This document shows, one piece after another, positions 15,261-27,559 of a stretch of 64,000 nucleotides of DNA (positions within the stretch are counted from its first letter, which is position 1; each line of letters starts with the position of its first letter). A program made the position numbers and the translations under genes. The notes below the pieces were generated by a model that saw only the letters and a list, made by a program, of their open reading frames with translations, was not told where the DNA came from and did no database searches. This stretch comes from the human T2T-CHM13v2.0 reference genome, Homo sapiens. Where the stretch lies: assembly GCF_009914755.1 (NCBI RefSeq), contig NC_060934.1; one strand, written 5' to 3'.

Positions 15261-16589
15261 CAGCAACCATGTCTCCCCGTGGTGTTATCCCTCCCAGATG
15301 GTGGTCCCTGGCGAATGGGGCACAAAGATCTGAGATGCACTGAGTCTTTCTGGTGGGTGGGAGGCTCAGGCTTCGCCTAGCTCCCACCCTTAGTCGGGGT
15401 TTTCTTTTGCCAGGAGGCAAACCTACTCCAGAGCTGAGTGGGGTGGGGCTAAGGGTGGCAGTGGAGGTGAGAAAGTGGGTGATTTGGTCAAGTAGGGGCA
15501 GGGGGGCAGTAGAGGGCAGCAGCAGGTGGGAGGCACCCCACCAGGGGTCCTGGCTGGGGCTCTGTTGGCCACTGGGATTATCCTGAAAACCCAGTGCAGC
15601 CAGGGATTCCTAGGATGGTTTCCCTCTTCCACAGCCCTAAGAGCCCCGAACTGGATCCCTAGGGCACCTCATATGTACACTCAGTCCAGAACCAGGTCTC
15701 CGGCTTCACAGTGGAGAAGGCAAAGTTGCCCGTGGGACTCAGGGGCATGCCCCGTGCCCACCCCGCCTGAACATTCTGGTCTGCACCAATCTTGGGTGGA
15801 GCTCAACAGCCAGGGAAGTCTCACTGGTGTCCAGAACACCTCTGAGTGGGTATCTGCTGGTGACAAGCTGAGACTCTGGTCTGCCCCCAGGCACTTGCAG
15901 TTCAGGGACAGACACACAAAGTCTCTGCCCTAGGAGCTGCAGGCGACCTAAGTCAGAGGAGTTATTTCCCAGCCACATATCGGAGGCTTCCTGTGTGTTG
16001 TGGAGAGGGTGGGGGGATCTGTGAGCTTAACCTCAAAAGGGCTACAAGTATTGGAACAGTCCGGATATCAAGGATGTCAGGAGTGGAAGAGCTGAACAGA
16101 CACTGCTGGTGCTTCATCCCAGGAAGGTGGAGCCCATGGCGGGTAGGGGAGAATGGGAAAAGTGAGGTGCCAGGAGCCCCACTGTAAATTGCCGGTGGTC
16201 GGGTCGAGGGGTGAGGTGGCTGCAGAAATCTGGGCCGACAGGAGGGCAGATGCCAGGCAGCGACTTTATGTGGGCCCCAGGGCAGTGCCGGGACTCAGGC
16301 CCAGCTCCCTGGTTTTGGGGCTACTGTGGCCCCCAGGGATGGGAGCTTGGTCTCCTTACAAATCCCATCCATGCGTCACTACAAACAGCTCTAATAATTC
16401 CTGCCCTGCAGTACCTGTGCACTTTACCATATCCACACCCCCCAGCATCCCACCCCACTGGCAGGGGCTGACAGCTCTGGTGCTCTTGCACTCTCGGGCA
16501 CATGGCCGCACACCCAGACCCACTCGCTCATCTCAGACTCATACCACACTCAGGAAGGCCCCTAACTGGTCTAATTCCCAGCAGTGGCC

Positions 16590-17220
16590 TTCCCCGCACC
16601 CGCCCCTCGCCCCTCCCCGCTCTAGCTTCCCGACTTTCGTGGGGAAGGGGCACCGGAACGCAGGGCAGCTGAGAAGGACCGGGCAGAGGAGAGCGACGGC
16701 CCCTCCCGGTGTCAGCTTCCTCGCCGCAGTCCCATTAATCACAGTGCCGCAGTCCAGTTGGGGATCCCGGGCGCCCAGGGCCGCCCGCAGCCCCAGGGAC
16801 AATGGGATTATTTCCGGGGAGAGAGGCCGCCTCGGGCCGGGGCTCAGGCGGAGACGCCTCCTTCCCTCAATCCGTCCCTCGGCACCCAAGGAGCGCCTGC
16901 GGCGGCCGGAGACGAGTGGCAGAGCGGACGCGGGTGGCGCGCGGGTGGCAGGGCCTGGCCGACCTAATTCAATTAGCTGGGCCGCCGCCGCCTCCGTGCG
17001 ACTCTGGGCCCGCCGGGACTCCAGCTCTGGGCAGCTGCTCTTTGTGCACGAAGACCATGCATATGGATGCGGTTCCTCCCCCTTCGGCGCTCACCCCACC
17101 CACACCCACTTCTGGCACCTGCGGCTTGCCCCGCCCTCCCACTCCTTCCCCGCGAGGGAAGGCGACCGTGGCCTCCCCAGGAAAGTTGGGAAACTGTGGT
17201 TGCTTTTGAGCTCCCTGTGG
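16590..17220. promoter_or_regulatory. Orphan CpG island upstream of TLX1
   Basis: Very GC- and CpG-rich unique sequence over more than 600 bp. Confidence 0.8.
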
Positions 17221-20200
17221 CCGTCTTCAGAGTATGTGTGAGAGGGGAGGGGGTGGTTTTGTTTTTTTGTTTTGTGTTATCTGAGCAGGAAGGTCTGTGT
17301 GGAAGTGAGCGTGCCTGTAAGTCTGTAGGAGTGTGGTTAGGTGTGTCTGTGTGTACCTGTGCACCAGCAACCATAGGGCTGTGTGCACGGAGGGAGAGGG
17401 TTTCGTTTGGTTCTGGATCTGTGCTGCAGAGACTGAGTGGGATGGATGTGTTTGTGGGCATCTGCACGTGAGTGCATGAAGGAGGCTTTGTGAGCACGTG
17501 TGGGGACTGCACACCGAGGAGTGTCTGCGTGTTCCTGTGCAAGGTGAGTGGGCATCTGTGCATCTGCGTGTGAGAGTGTTGCCTCTGTGCCAAGCCTGTG
17601 TCTGGAAGTCTTCAGGAGTTGGGTATTTCTGTGTGTCACCATTGGTGTATATGCTGTGCTTCAGTGTGTAGTCAGGACACCATGGGGAACATGTTAACCT
17701 CCCCGCCCCAACTACCACCGGCCAGCAGATGGGTCTCCCCAGCTGAGGCCATTTTCTCCACCGCTCCCCACCCCGCCTTGCTTTTCTGGTGGAGGAGGAG
17801 CTTGGCAAGTTAGTATCAAACCTGAACTCCATCCACCAGGCTCGGGTGGAGGCAGAGTCCTAGGTAGCCAGGCTCTCTCATCTTGAGGAGGTGTCCCAGT
17901 CAGTTTTCCACTCCCAGCACAGTCCAGCCCTGGCTCAGCAGGAGCCTGCAGCTTCCAATGTGCAAACAGTCCTAAGCACCCCCTGAAATAACTAGACCTG
18001 CCTGTGTCAAGGTGACCCTAGCACGTAGGAGGGACTGCATGACCCCCACCTCCACCTCTTCAGCCACAGTTCAGGATTGGGTCCCCTGGGAGGCTGGGTT
18101 TCCTGTGCTTGGGCATCTCCACCCACCCTTACTCTGAGGCCAAATCTGCACGCCCAGCAGAGGCGAGGAATTGAGATGAGAAATCTGGGTAGAGCTGGCC
18201 ACTGCAGGGCCGTCACCCACCCAGCTGGAAAGCTTGCCTCATTCCTCTGTTTTACTGTGCACAGGCAAAGTGAGGGATCTGCACACCTGTAGAGGTCCTT
18301 TCTGCAGACCGCAAAGGGAGCTGGCCAACCCCAGGAAGGAATAGGAAGGTTCTTAGAAAGCAGCGGGGCCCTCAGAGGCCTGGTCCCACAGCAGGCTGGT
18401 GCTCTCTTGGCTTCTTCTCCGTCCCCTACACCTTAGTGCAGGGCTTGGCTTCTGGACCCAGCACAGACCCACCTGGCCAGCAGAGTGGAGCCAAGGGAGA
18501 CACGAAGGATGAGAGAGGTTGGGGCTGGTCCACAGCCCTGGGTCCTAGGCTCAGCTGCCCTACTGATGGGACCCACTGATGGGACTCTGAACTCCGTGCC
18601 CAGGGAGCCCTTTGAGAGCTGTCTGGGGGAGCAGGGCCCTGGGGGTCTGTCCTTCCCTGAGCCTTCTCTTAGCCTACTCCCTACCTGCCCCTTTCCAGGT
18701 TTCTGGCATCCTTGGAGGTGACTCAGGATGGGAGATTCCCTAATCAAGGCCACCATGGTCAATACAGTGCTGGATGGATGGTGGAATCTGAGGATCTCTG
18801 GGCCTCTCTTGGGAGAGAATTAGTCAGAGAGAGGCCTGAAGCCTTAGCTCAATGCCCAGGGGTAATGAGGCCAACAGCTTCCTTTAGGGTCAGAAGCCGA
18901 GCAGGGAGGGGAGACAGTGAAGGGAAGGGATCCCTACAGAAGCACCCTATTTCTGAAGCATCCACCTGCTGGGCTCTGATTGAGAGGAATGGGCAGGGGA
19001 GGAGAAGAAAACTCCGTACCCCTACACAAGGTGACAGCTAAGTGTGGCCTACAGCAGGGACATGTCTGTCTCCTGTCTGTCTGTCCTTTATCCATTCAGG
19101 GTCTCTCCACTGATGGGAAAATGTGTGCCTGTCCATTGGTGTTGGAGAGGTCCTCCATATCTTATGTAAGAATTGGGTAGGGGGACAGGGGGCTGGCCTT
19201 GGAACAACCCCCCCAACCCCGAGGACTCATTGAGCTGAGTCACTTGGCCTACTCACTCCCCCCACCTCCTCAGTCTAGGCTCCTAGAGACCCTCCTCCCC
19301 AACCCAGGGCTCCTGGAGTTACAGTGCCCTTTACTGGGTCTCTAAGTCCCTAAGTCACCAGGTGATCCTGCCTCTCCCACAGCAGGGAAAGTTTTCTGCC
19401 CCTTTTCTGAGACAAATGGGAAGGTAGAGGGAACACTTTTGGTACTAGGAATGCAGACCCCATTGGCCCCGCCATGGATCGCATCATGTCACACATCCCC
19501 TTACATATTTCTCAGCCCCCTTTCCCTACTATATATCCATTGGGTATACCCTGTGTCCCCCTCCCCACGACCACAGGCCCATACACAGCCACTTCTCTGA
19601 CAATTCCATCGGAATAAAAGACACTCCTCCCATGGTACACGCCATCTGCAGCACGCAGTCGTAGCAGAGGGATGCCCTCATCCCATCACAGGCACTCACT
19701 ACAGAGGAACAGTTGTAAACACATACTCATCTTGTTGCAGAAAACACATTCACTTGCATTCTCACTGACACATACATCCTCACATGACAAAATCCAGTTG
19801 TATAAAATACCCAGACTCCCTTCTTTTCCTCCAACACTCTTCCCAACATGCATTTTGCTTGCAGTTGTATCCCAACAGCCTAACACAGTGCCTGATACAT
19901 ACTAGATGCTCTATAATTATTCATTGAATACATTGTTAAAATTATTTCTTAAAGACATGCCCAGGACATCTGCACAGCCCTCTCAATCCTGACTGTCACA
20001 CAGGCTTTCCCATCCAGCTTTCCCCTCGTGGATGCACGGCCCCACAAACACAAAGTAATTAAGTTTCCACACATATCCGTAAGCTAAAGGACAACCCCTG
20101 GCCCGGGGGTCTCTTTCAGAGCGGGGAAGAGGAGGAGATTGTGTGGGATCCAAAGGGGCCTCCCCCTGGGCTGAGCCCGTCCTTTCCTCCTCCCCCAGCC

Positions 20201-20384
20201 CGGGCCCTGGCCCCAGCTGCTCTTCTTTTAATTGGAGGCACTTTTTTATTCTGCAGGCCAGGGGGAGCCGGTGCTTGGGGGGAGGGGTGTTACCAGGTGG
20301 CCTCAGAACCAGAGAGAAGGATCTGCAACTCACCTAGGTTCCTGCAAGATAGTCCTGTGAGGCAAGAGCCAAGTTTAGGCTTAA

Positions 20385-20560
20385 GGAAGCAGCTTGTAGT
20401 GAGTGGAGTCAAGAAAGCAGTGTTTGCGTCTGGTCTGCCCCTTTCCAGCTTTCAGTGCCTTGGTTTTCTCATCTGTAAAATGGGGATAACAAAAACCACA
20501 TCACAGGATTAAAGATGAGTGGAGAGATCATTCTGGTGGCTCACACATGGCAGTTGCTCT
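20385..20560 (+). mobile_element. MIR
   Basis: gtgccttggttttctcatctgtaaaatggggataac core. Confidence 0.75.
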
Positions 20561-21253
20561 GTGAGTCCTGCTTTCTTCCCCTCCCTCCTCGTTCCTATCA
20601 GGGCTGTTTTGCAAGGCATGCAAAAGCACAGTGGAAACACAGAAGCTGCAGCGAATATAAACTTGTGTGAGTCTCCTCTCCTGTTTCAGAAAACTTCCCA
20701 ACCTTGCAACACCGTGCTCAGGTAACACTGCTCTCAGGAGAAGGGGTGGGCGCCAGAGCCCAGCAAATCCTGACCCTCCGGTCTCATCTTTCTAGGTAAG
20801 GAAGGGACAGAGAGGGTAGTCTTGGCCCTCAGTAAATACCCTATTGGAAGACAAAGGCTGGGATTAAGCTGACTCACAGAATCCCAGCACCTCATTGAGG
20901 GTAAAAGTTGGGAGTATCCCCAATTGGGATAAAAGTTGACTCTGATAAACAAAAAAGGTAGGAGGGGAAAAAGGAAGAAATCCGTCAAGGAAGCGGCTGT
21001 GATCGCAGGGGAAAGTCAGTATATCCCTGGGCTGCTGGATTTTAATGAGAAGAGCTTGACAGTCTTAGTGGGCCATGTACAAGGGAGTGGTGACTCTGCC
21101 AACCTTAAGCTGGGCCAGGAATGGTAAAGTCTCCTCCCAGGTACCCTGGACAACTGATACCAGATCTGAGGAGTTCAAGAGGTAGATCAGGCAAATGCCA
21201 AAAGGGTTGGAAGGCCATCTGAGCTGGAGATGTGCACCTGGAAAGATAGGTGG

Positions 21254-21295
21254 TTTATTTTATTTTATTTTATTTTATTTTATTTTATTTTATTT
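21254..21295. repeat. (TTTTA)n pentanucleotide repeat
   Basis: About 8 units, direct reading. Confidence 0.9.
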
Positions 21296-21544
21296 AGTTT
21301 TGTAAATTTTACCTTCAACCAACCCACACCAAAAGATGGGGTTTTAACTGCAGCAGGTAAAACTGTGGTGAGACTAAAAGGAGTGAGGCCACTAGGACCC
21401 AGCCTCAAAAAAAGCTGCAGTACCCTTCCCCATAGTTTTCAGCCTCAAACAAGGAAAATAGCTCAGATTTTGAGATTCCAGATCAATCTTCTCTGTCTAT
21501 GGAACTTGGAGCAAGTTTGTTCTCTTTACTGAGTCTCAGTTTTC

Positions 21545-21696
21545 ATTTTCTTTTTAGAGATGGGGCATTGCTATGTTGCCCAGGCTAGAGGTGCAATTAT
21601 AGCACATCTCAGGCTCAAATTCCTGGCCCCAAGTGATCCTCTAGCCTCACCCTGCAGAGCTGCTAGAACTACAGGCACGGGCCACTGCACCCAGCC
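21545..21696 (-). mobile_element. Alu monomer (FLAM/FRAM-like)
   Basis: Single-arm reverse Alu. Confidence 0.8.
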
Positions 21697-21704
21697 ATTT
21701 TTTT

Positions 21705-22195
21705 CTTTTTAAAAATGAGATATAATTCATGTGCTATAATATTCAGCCCCTTTAAAATGTATAATTCGGTGGGTTTTAATATTTTTAAAAGTTATGTAAC
21801 CATCACCACTATCTCATTCCAGAATGTTTTCATCACTCCAAAAGGAATTCTGTATCCATTAGCAGTCAATTTCCATTCCCTGCTGCCCCCAGTTCCTGAA
21901 AACCACTAATCTATTCTCTGCCTCTGTGGATTTGCCTATTTTGGACATTTCATAAAAGTGGAATCATACAATATGTGGCCTTTGTGCTTGGCTTCTTTCA
22001 CTTAGCAGAATAGTCTCCTAGGTTCATCCATGTTATAGCATGAACCAGCATTTCCCTTCTTTTCCTTTTTATGGCTAAATAATATTCCATGTGTGGATAT
22101 ACCAAATTTTGTTTATCTATTCATCAGTTGGTGGACATCTGAGTTGTTTCCCCTTTTGGGCTATCATGAATAATACTGCCATGAACATTCATTCA
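21705..22195 (-). mobile_element. L1MB-type 3' end, nested in a MIR
   Basis: catcaccactatctcattccagaatgttttcatcactccaaaag...aaccactaatctattctctgcctctgtggatttgcctattttggacatttcat. Confidence 0.85.
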
Positions 22196-22489
22196 ATTCT
22201 CTCAATTATAAAAAATTGGGACATTTCTATTAACTTGCCTGGGTTGTTATAAGTCTTAAATGAGATAAGCATGATGTGGTACCTGGCACAAAACTGTCTT
22301 TCAATAAATAATTTATTTCTGCTTTAGTTCCCTCAAGATAAGAGGCAGGAAGAGATTCATTCGGGTTCAGACAACTTCCAAAGTAAGTTATGGAACTCCT
22401 TGGGAAGGGGTAGAGTACCTGGATTGGGTAAGTGGGAAGAAGAGAACTGGCGAGGGAGCGGAGCCCTCTCATGTTTCTGCTTAGTGTTT

Positions 22490-22792
22490 TTTTTTTGTTT
22501 GTTTGTTTTTTGAGATGGAGTCTTGCACTGTTGCCCAGGCTGGAGTGCAGTGGCGCGATCTCAGCTCACTGCAAGCTCTGCCTCCTGGGTTCACGCCATT
22601 CTCCTGCCTCAGCTTCCTGAGTAGCTGGGACTACAGGTGCCCACCACCACGCCTGGCTAATTTTTTGTACTTTTGGTAGAGACGGGGTTTCACCGTGTTA
22701 GCCAGGATGGTCTCAATCTCCTGACCTCGTGATCTGCCCGCCTCGGCCTCCCAAAGTGCTGGGATTACAGGTGTGAGCCACCATGCCCAGCC
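22490..22792 (-). mobile_element. AluY-like with TSD
   Basis: gcaagctc/ttcacgccatt/caccgtgttagccaggatgg diagnostics; TSD ttctgcttagtgttt at 22475-22489 and 22793-22807. Confidence 0.95.
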
Positions 22793-23069
22793 TTCTGCTT
22801 AGTGTTTACAAACAACTACCAATTTCACATTTGGCTTTGTCTTGAGTGGGCCTTTGTCCACCTGGCTAGAGCTCAGACAAGGTTTTCCCCACAGATACAA
22901 ACTTCCAACCAGCACGTAGGTTTCCAGGCTAACCCACAAAAGCAAGTTGAGTCTAGCTCCTCCATATTGATCCACACCAATCATAGCTATTCTGAAATGT
23001 ACTTTCCTCACATCTGTAAAATAGGGAGAATACTCATCTCGAAGGATTGGTGTAGAGTTTATATTGTTC

Positions 23070-23250
23070 TCCATAATACTAACATCTGTCTTGTTGTATT
23101 TGCTTCTTTGCTTATTGTCTGACCCCCTCTATAGAATGTAAGCTTCATGAGGTCAGGACCTTTGTTTTGTTCACTGCTATGTCCCCCATGCCTAGAACAG
23201 TGCCTGACACATAGTGAGTACAGTACTCAATAAATATTATTGAATAAAGA
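23070..23250 (+). mobile_element. L2 3' end
   Basis: tagaatgtaagcttcatgagg...cctagaacagtgcctgacacatag...ctcaataaatattattgaat. Confidence 0.85.
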
Positions 23251-24141
23251 GATACATTCTTTGTTATTCACCCAAGATGACCATATTTTGTTGTTTGGGG
23301 CTGTATTCTTCAGGAGAGAACAGAAATGAATAAGCCACTCTCTGCCTCCAAGAAGATCTCTTCAAGTGGAGGTGACAGACATGCCCAAAGCAAATAGATT
23401 GCAATAAGACTTGATGGGAGAGAATGTGAGTCTTCACATCCTAGCATCTTTCCAGATAGAGACAGGGCCTACCCAAAAGTCTAATCTGAAACTGAACTGA
23501 AATAGAACAGAAATAGATCCCAAGTGATGGAACCTGTGCCTTTCCCAAAGCTTGGCTTCTAAAAGGTAGCAAACATTTTCTACTGGAGAGGGGAAAGACA
23601 GGAAGAAGAAAAAGGGAGTTTCCTCCTTTTCTCTTGGGCTCTCAGCCAGACAGCCACTGGCAAAACGTTGGAAAGGCCTAAATTTGTCCTGGATGCACTT
23701 CCCTGATCCTAGTCCCACCAATCCCAGCCCCCACGGCCTTAAGCCCCTATGGCTCCCTCCCAAGATTCCAAACGTAAGAAAAGAACACACACCACAGTCC
23801 AAAGGCTTCTTGTCTGGAATAGCCAACCCTGGGGTAATTGTTAGGTGGAATGCAATCTGGTTGAATTCATTCAAACACTGTAGGAATTGCCTCTTTCGAA
23901 CCCTGTAGGATTTTACTTCTTGACGCATCTGTTTATTTAAAACCAAAGGGGTATGTTGAGGCATGGGCACCCTGGCAGCAGACCCCAAACCAACCCTCTT
24001 GACTTGTGCCTGCCTTTCAGGATATGTTCCCTTCCTGAATTTGTCTAAGAAGGCTGAGTTGGGGGGTGGTTGCTGATTTTTATAACATATAGCCAGTTGT
24101 TCATAGGCCTGTGTTTTAAAGAAGGGCAAGCCTGAACTCAC

Positions 24142-24560
24142 CGTCCTGCCTCAGGGCCTGGGCTCCATACCTGGGGAGTAGACAGTCTTCTACTTTCTAA
24201 AAAGCTGGACTTGAAATTTGGAGTAAATCTCCTGGTTGAGTGACAGGTGTTTCGCAGCTGAGCCCTTGAGGAGATTCTCCAGTTGGGCAGAGACATCCCT
24301 TCCTCAGACGCCTTGTGGGCTGGACTCCTTTGGCCCAGTTCAAAGTGAGGGGAGGGCTCCCAACAGGCCGGGAAGACAGTTGACTTCACCCTCCTTGGGT
24401 TTGTCTGTCTGTCCGTCTCTGGGAATGGTCGCTTCCTGTTTTCCCTTTTCCTTTTAAGCCTCGCCTTGTTCCCCTCTTCTGTCTCTTCATGAACTACTCC
24501 GAGTCTTGGTCTCCGTCCCTCTATCTCTGGCTCCTGCATCTGTCTCGGCTTCTGGCCTTC
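24142..24560 (-). ncRNA. TLX1NB: Candidate first exon of the divergent transcript (TLX1 neighbor); 5' end approximate
   Basis: Strong minus-strand donor ACG|GTGAGT at 24142/24141, just upstream of the TLX1 promoter. The existence of a divergent TLX1NB transcript is prior knowledge; assigning this exon to it is inference. Confidence 0.45.
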
Positions 24561-24926
24561 CTCTCCCCCTCCCCTCCCCTCCCTCGCGCTGTCATTCACC
24601 CCGCTCCTCTCCGCGCACAGCCAATGGAGAGACCCAGTCGAAACCGCGAAGCTCTCTTGCACCGGGCTTTTTCGCCTGGTGATTGATGTCCCAGAGTCAA
24701 CAGCGAGCGAGCAGCCGGAGCGGGGAAGCAGAAGCCAGAGAGGGGAAGAATACGGCGCCCCCTCTCTCCCTCCCCTCCCCCTTCTACTTTAGCCTTTCTG
24801 CGCACTTCGCTTCCAAGTCTCCGCGCAGCCAGGAGCCGCTGTTGCCTCCCAGCCCCTGCTAGCTGCCCCCCGAGCCGAGCGCAGCGAGCGCCGCCGCCCG
24901 GGCCCCCCGGTGGGGCCAGGGCCAGC
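24560..24926 (+). promoter_or_regulatory. TLX1: TLX1 CpG-island promoter and 5' UTR region (TATA-less)
   Basis: CpG-rich; CCAAT at 24621-24625; C-rich Sp/KLF-type tracts at 24565-24583 and 24758-24781; TGATTGAT at 24680-24687; no ATG between about 24700 and the start codon. The exact TSS cannot be read from sequence. Confidence 0.8.
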
Positions 24927-25494
24927 ATGGAGCACCTGGGTCCGCACCACCTCCACCCGGGTCACGCAGAGCCCATTAGCTTCGGCATCGACCAGATCCT
25001 CAACAGCCCGGACCAGGGTGGCTGCATGGGACCCGCCTCGCGCCTCCAGGACGGAGAATACGGCCTTGGCTGCTTGGTCGGAGGCGCCTACACTTACGGC
25101 GGCGGGGGCTCCGCGGCCGCGACGGGGGCTGGAGGAGCGGGGGCCTATGGTACTGGAGGTCCCGGCGGCCCCGGAGGCCCGGCAGGCGGCGGCGGCGCCT
25201 GCAGCATGGGTCCTCTGACCGGCTCCTACAACGTGAACATGGCCTTGGCAGGCGGCCCCGGTCCTGGCGGCGGCGGCGGCAGCAGCGGCGGTGCCGGGGC
25301 ACTCAGCGCTGCGGGGGTAATCCGGGTGCCGGCACACAGGCCGCTCGCCGGAGCCGTGGCCCACCCCCAGCCCCTGGCCACCGGCTTGCCCACCGTGCCC
25401 TCTGTGCCTGCCATGCCGGGCGTCAACAACCTCACTGGCCTCACCTTCCCCTGGATGGAGAGTAACCGCAGATACACAAAGGACAGGTTCACAG
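24927..25494 (+). CDS. TLX1: T-cell leukemia homeobox 1 (HOX11), coding exon 1
   Basis: ATG in strong Kozak context (gccagcATGG). Encodes MEHLGPHHLHPGHAEPISFGIDQIL... with eh1 motif FGIDQIL (24981-25001), a Gly-rich tract and FPWM (25446-25457). Ends at donor CAG|GTGAGT; 568 nt, phase 1. Confidence 0.98.
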
Positions 25495-27559
25495 GTGAGT
25501 CCGGCCCGCGCGCTCCCCGCCTGGCCGCGGCCCGGGCTCCGTGCTACCCCTGCCCCGCCGGGTGGCTCCCCAAAGCCGGTTCTGCGCTCCAGGTCGCCCA
25601 GCTCTTCTTGGTGCTTCCCCCAAGTTGAGCCGCCCGCCCGATTCTATAACGCAGACTCGCCATGCTTGAAGAGTTCTCTCAGCCTGGACCCCTCTCTGTC
25701 TCCCGAAGGACCCCTGCTCGGAGGAGCTCTCCCTGGTCCCCTCTCCGGATCCACTAGCCGGGTCAGGCAGAGAGAAGGAGGCCATAGATTCAGGACCACC
25801 TTCTGCAGCTACTCTTGGCCTGGGAATCTTAGAGAAAGGGGTGCAACGTGAACAGTTTCTTCCGTCCTGGCTGCTGTTCTAGGACCCAGGAAGCGAGCCC
25901 CAGGATCAGACACAAGAAAAGAACAGGTTCCCCCACCTCCAGTCCCCTACACACATGCACTTCGCGCCCCTAGCTCCGGTGCCCGTGGTGCTGCGGGGCC
26001 AGTGGGGGCTCTGAGCCCCGGTAAATCAGCAGAACCAGTGGCCTTTTTTTTTTTTTCCGGAGAGCAGGCTTCATCTGGGAGGATGGCAGCGGGGCTTAGC
26101 CGCCCAGGACAGCTAGCTTTTCATTTTCGTTCTCTCCCGGCTGGGTGTCCTACCCCGGGCCCAGCCCTGTTATCTTGGGCACGAACAATGCACCGGTAGG
26201 CTGGTGATCGGTGGCGGGAAGACTACTCCCGGGACATTGGGTACTAAGTGGTGGCCGCTGCCGCCTTCTCTGCTGCCCGCTCCCGCCTTCCTCTGCTGGC
26301 CCTGGCTCCCTCTGCTCCCGTTTCCACTCTGGGCACTCAACTCTCCCTCTGGCGTGGATCCCTTCCCCCGTTCTCACTTTCTGCTCCCCTTAGGGTTCCC
26401 TGGATCCTAGACCACGATCCTTCCGTCCGGGCTGGGAAGCAGCCACAAATTGAGCCCAGGTTAGCCAGCCGATCTTAGAGAGAGGAGGCAGGAGGCACTG
26501 GCTGCTGCTGGCAGAGATGGGGCCTCCTGGGGGTCCCCCGGTTCAAGGGCCCAACAGTGGAAGGGGGGTTTACATAACTACTTGGGAGAAGCTGCTGAGA
26601 GCTAGATACTGGGCCAGGAGATTCCAAAGCACCCCTGGCTTCCTGCTTCTGTTCCAGGCAGCAGCACAGCCAGGGAAACTGCTTCTGCAGCTTCTTACCA
26701 GACTCTGGGGCCACGGCAGAAGTGGTGTGGAGGCTGGTGTCCAGAGGAAGAACAGTTGCTTGGGTCTAGGCCTCAGGAAGGGCCCTCCCTAGAGGGGTCC
26801 CAGTGCCCCCAACCTAAGTTTTCTCTGGCCTGGGGCAGCAGGGCCTGGTGCCCATCCCATTCCCCACCCAGGCCAGGCCAGTCTTGAAGGGCCCTGCTGG
26901 AAACCCAGCCGGGAGTCCACTAATCCTGGGCCTCTGGTGAAAGGTACTCGGTTTAGGGCCTACCGCGGGGCCCTAATACTGTGTCAGGCATGAAGGCGGT
27001 TTCAGCGAGTGTATGGCTGTGGCCTTGTTTTGCTCTGTGTCCTGTGTGCTTGTCCCGTGCCTGTGCTTGTCTGGTCCTGTTTGGGTGTATAGATCTGTGA
27101 GTTTGTCCCCGTTGTACGTTGTGTTGGTGTGTGCTGCTGTGGATGGAGGCTCAGGTCGGGTTCCAGAGTCAGGCTCGGCCTCTTACTCTGAGCCTGAAGG
27201 CCTGGGGCTGACTGAGGGGAGGGGAGCGTGACCATTAGCTCGCCTTAGACTGCCCCTGGAGGAGAGGCGGCAGGGAGGTGGTTGGGCTCGCGGGAGCCCG
27301 GGGCCAGGGAGGCCTCCGTGGTAGCGGCGACGGCGGCGTCGGACTGGCGGGCAGGAGGAGGCCGTTTCCCGCCGTGGGCTTGTCGCTGAGGGCTAACGGG
27401 AGGATCTCGGCCCTGCTCGTGGGGGTTCAGCTGCTGCGCTCGCTGACTCGCGGGGTGTTGGGCCTGGGACGCTTCCTGACGCTCTGCTGCTTGCCTCTGC
27501 CGTCTGTCTGTCTCCCGCTCCAGTGGCCCTCTCACCCTTCACTGTAACACGCCGTATAG

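Larger units (their letters stand above)
24560..26480. promoter_or_regulatory. CpG island over promoter, exon 1 and proximal intron 1
   Basis: Dense CpG. Confidence 0.9.

Noticed and set aside
16153-17241. 362-aa + strand ORF
   Set aside because: Spans a GC-rich CpG island where stops are rare; Pro/Arg/Ala/Ser-rich with no recognisable domain; overlapping frames are also open.
23434-24141. 235-aa minus-strand ORF upstream of TLX1
   Set aside because: Its 'start' is the GTG of a splice donor, so it is probably intronic; no recognisable homology. Its length is mildly unusual, and PhyloCSF or Ribo-seq would settle it.
24616-24654. Cryptic V(D)J RSS heptamer-like CACAGCC in the promoter (and perfect CACAGTG at about 13551, 16740, 19884, 20626 and 30805)
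   Set aside because: No convincing ACAAAAACC nonamer at 12- or 23-bp spacing for the two I checked by eye (24616 and 13551); heptamers alone are frequent. An RIC-score scan would be needed.
25495-25628. Extension of the TLX1 exon-1 ORF to 233 aa
   Set aside because: Read-through past the consensus donor CAG|GTGAGT into intron 1; lacks TLX-family similarity.
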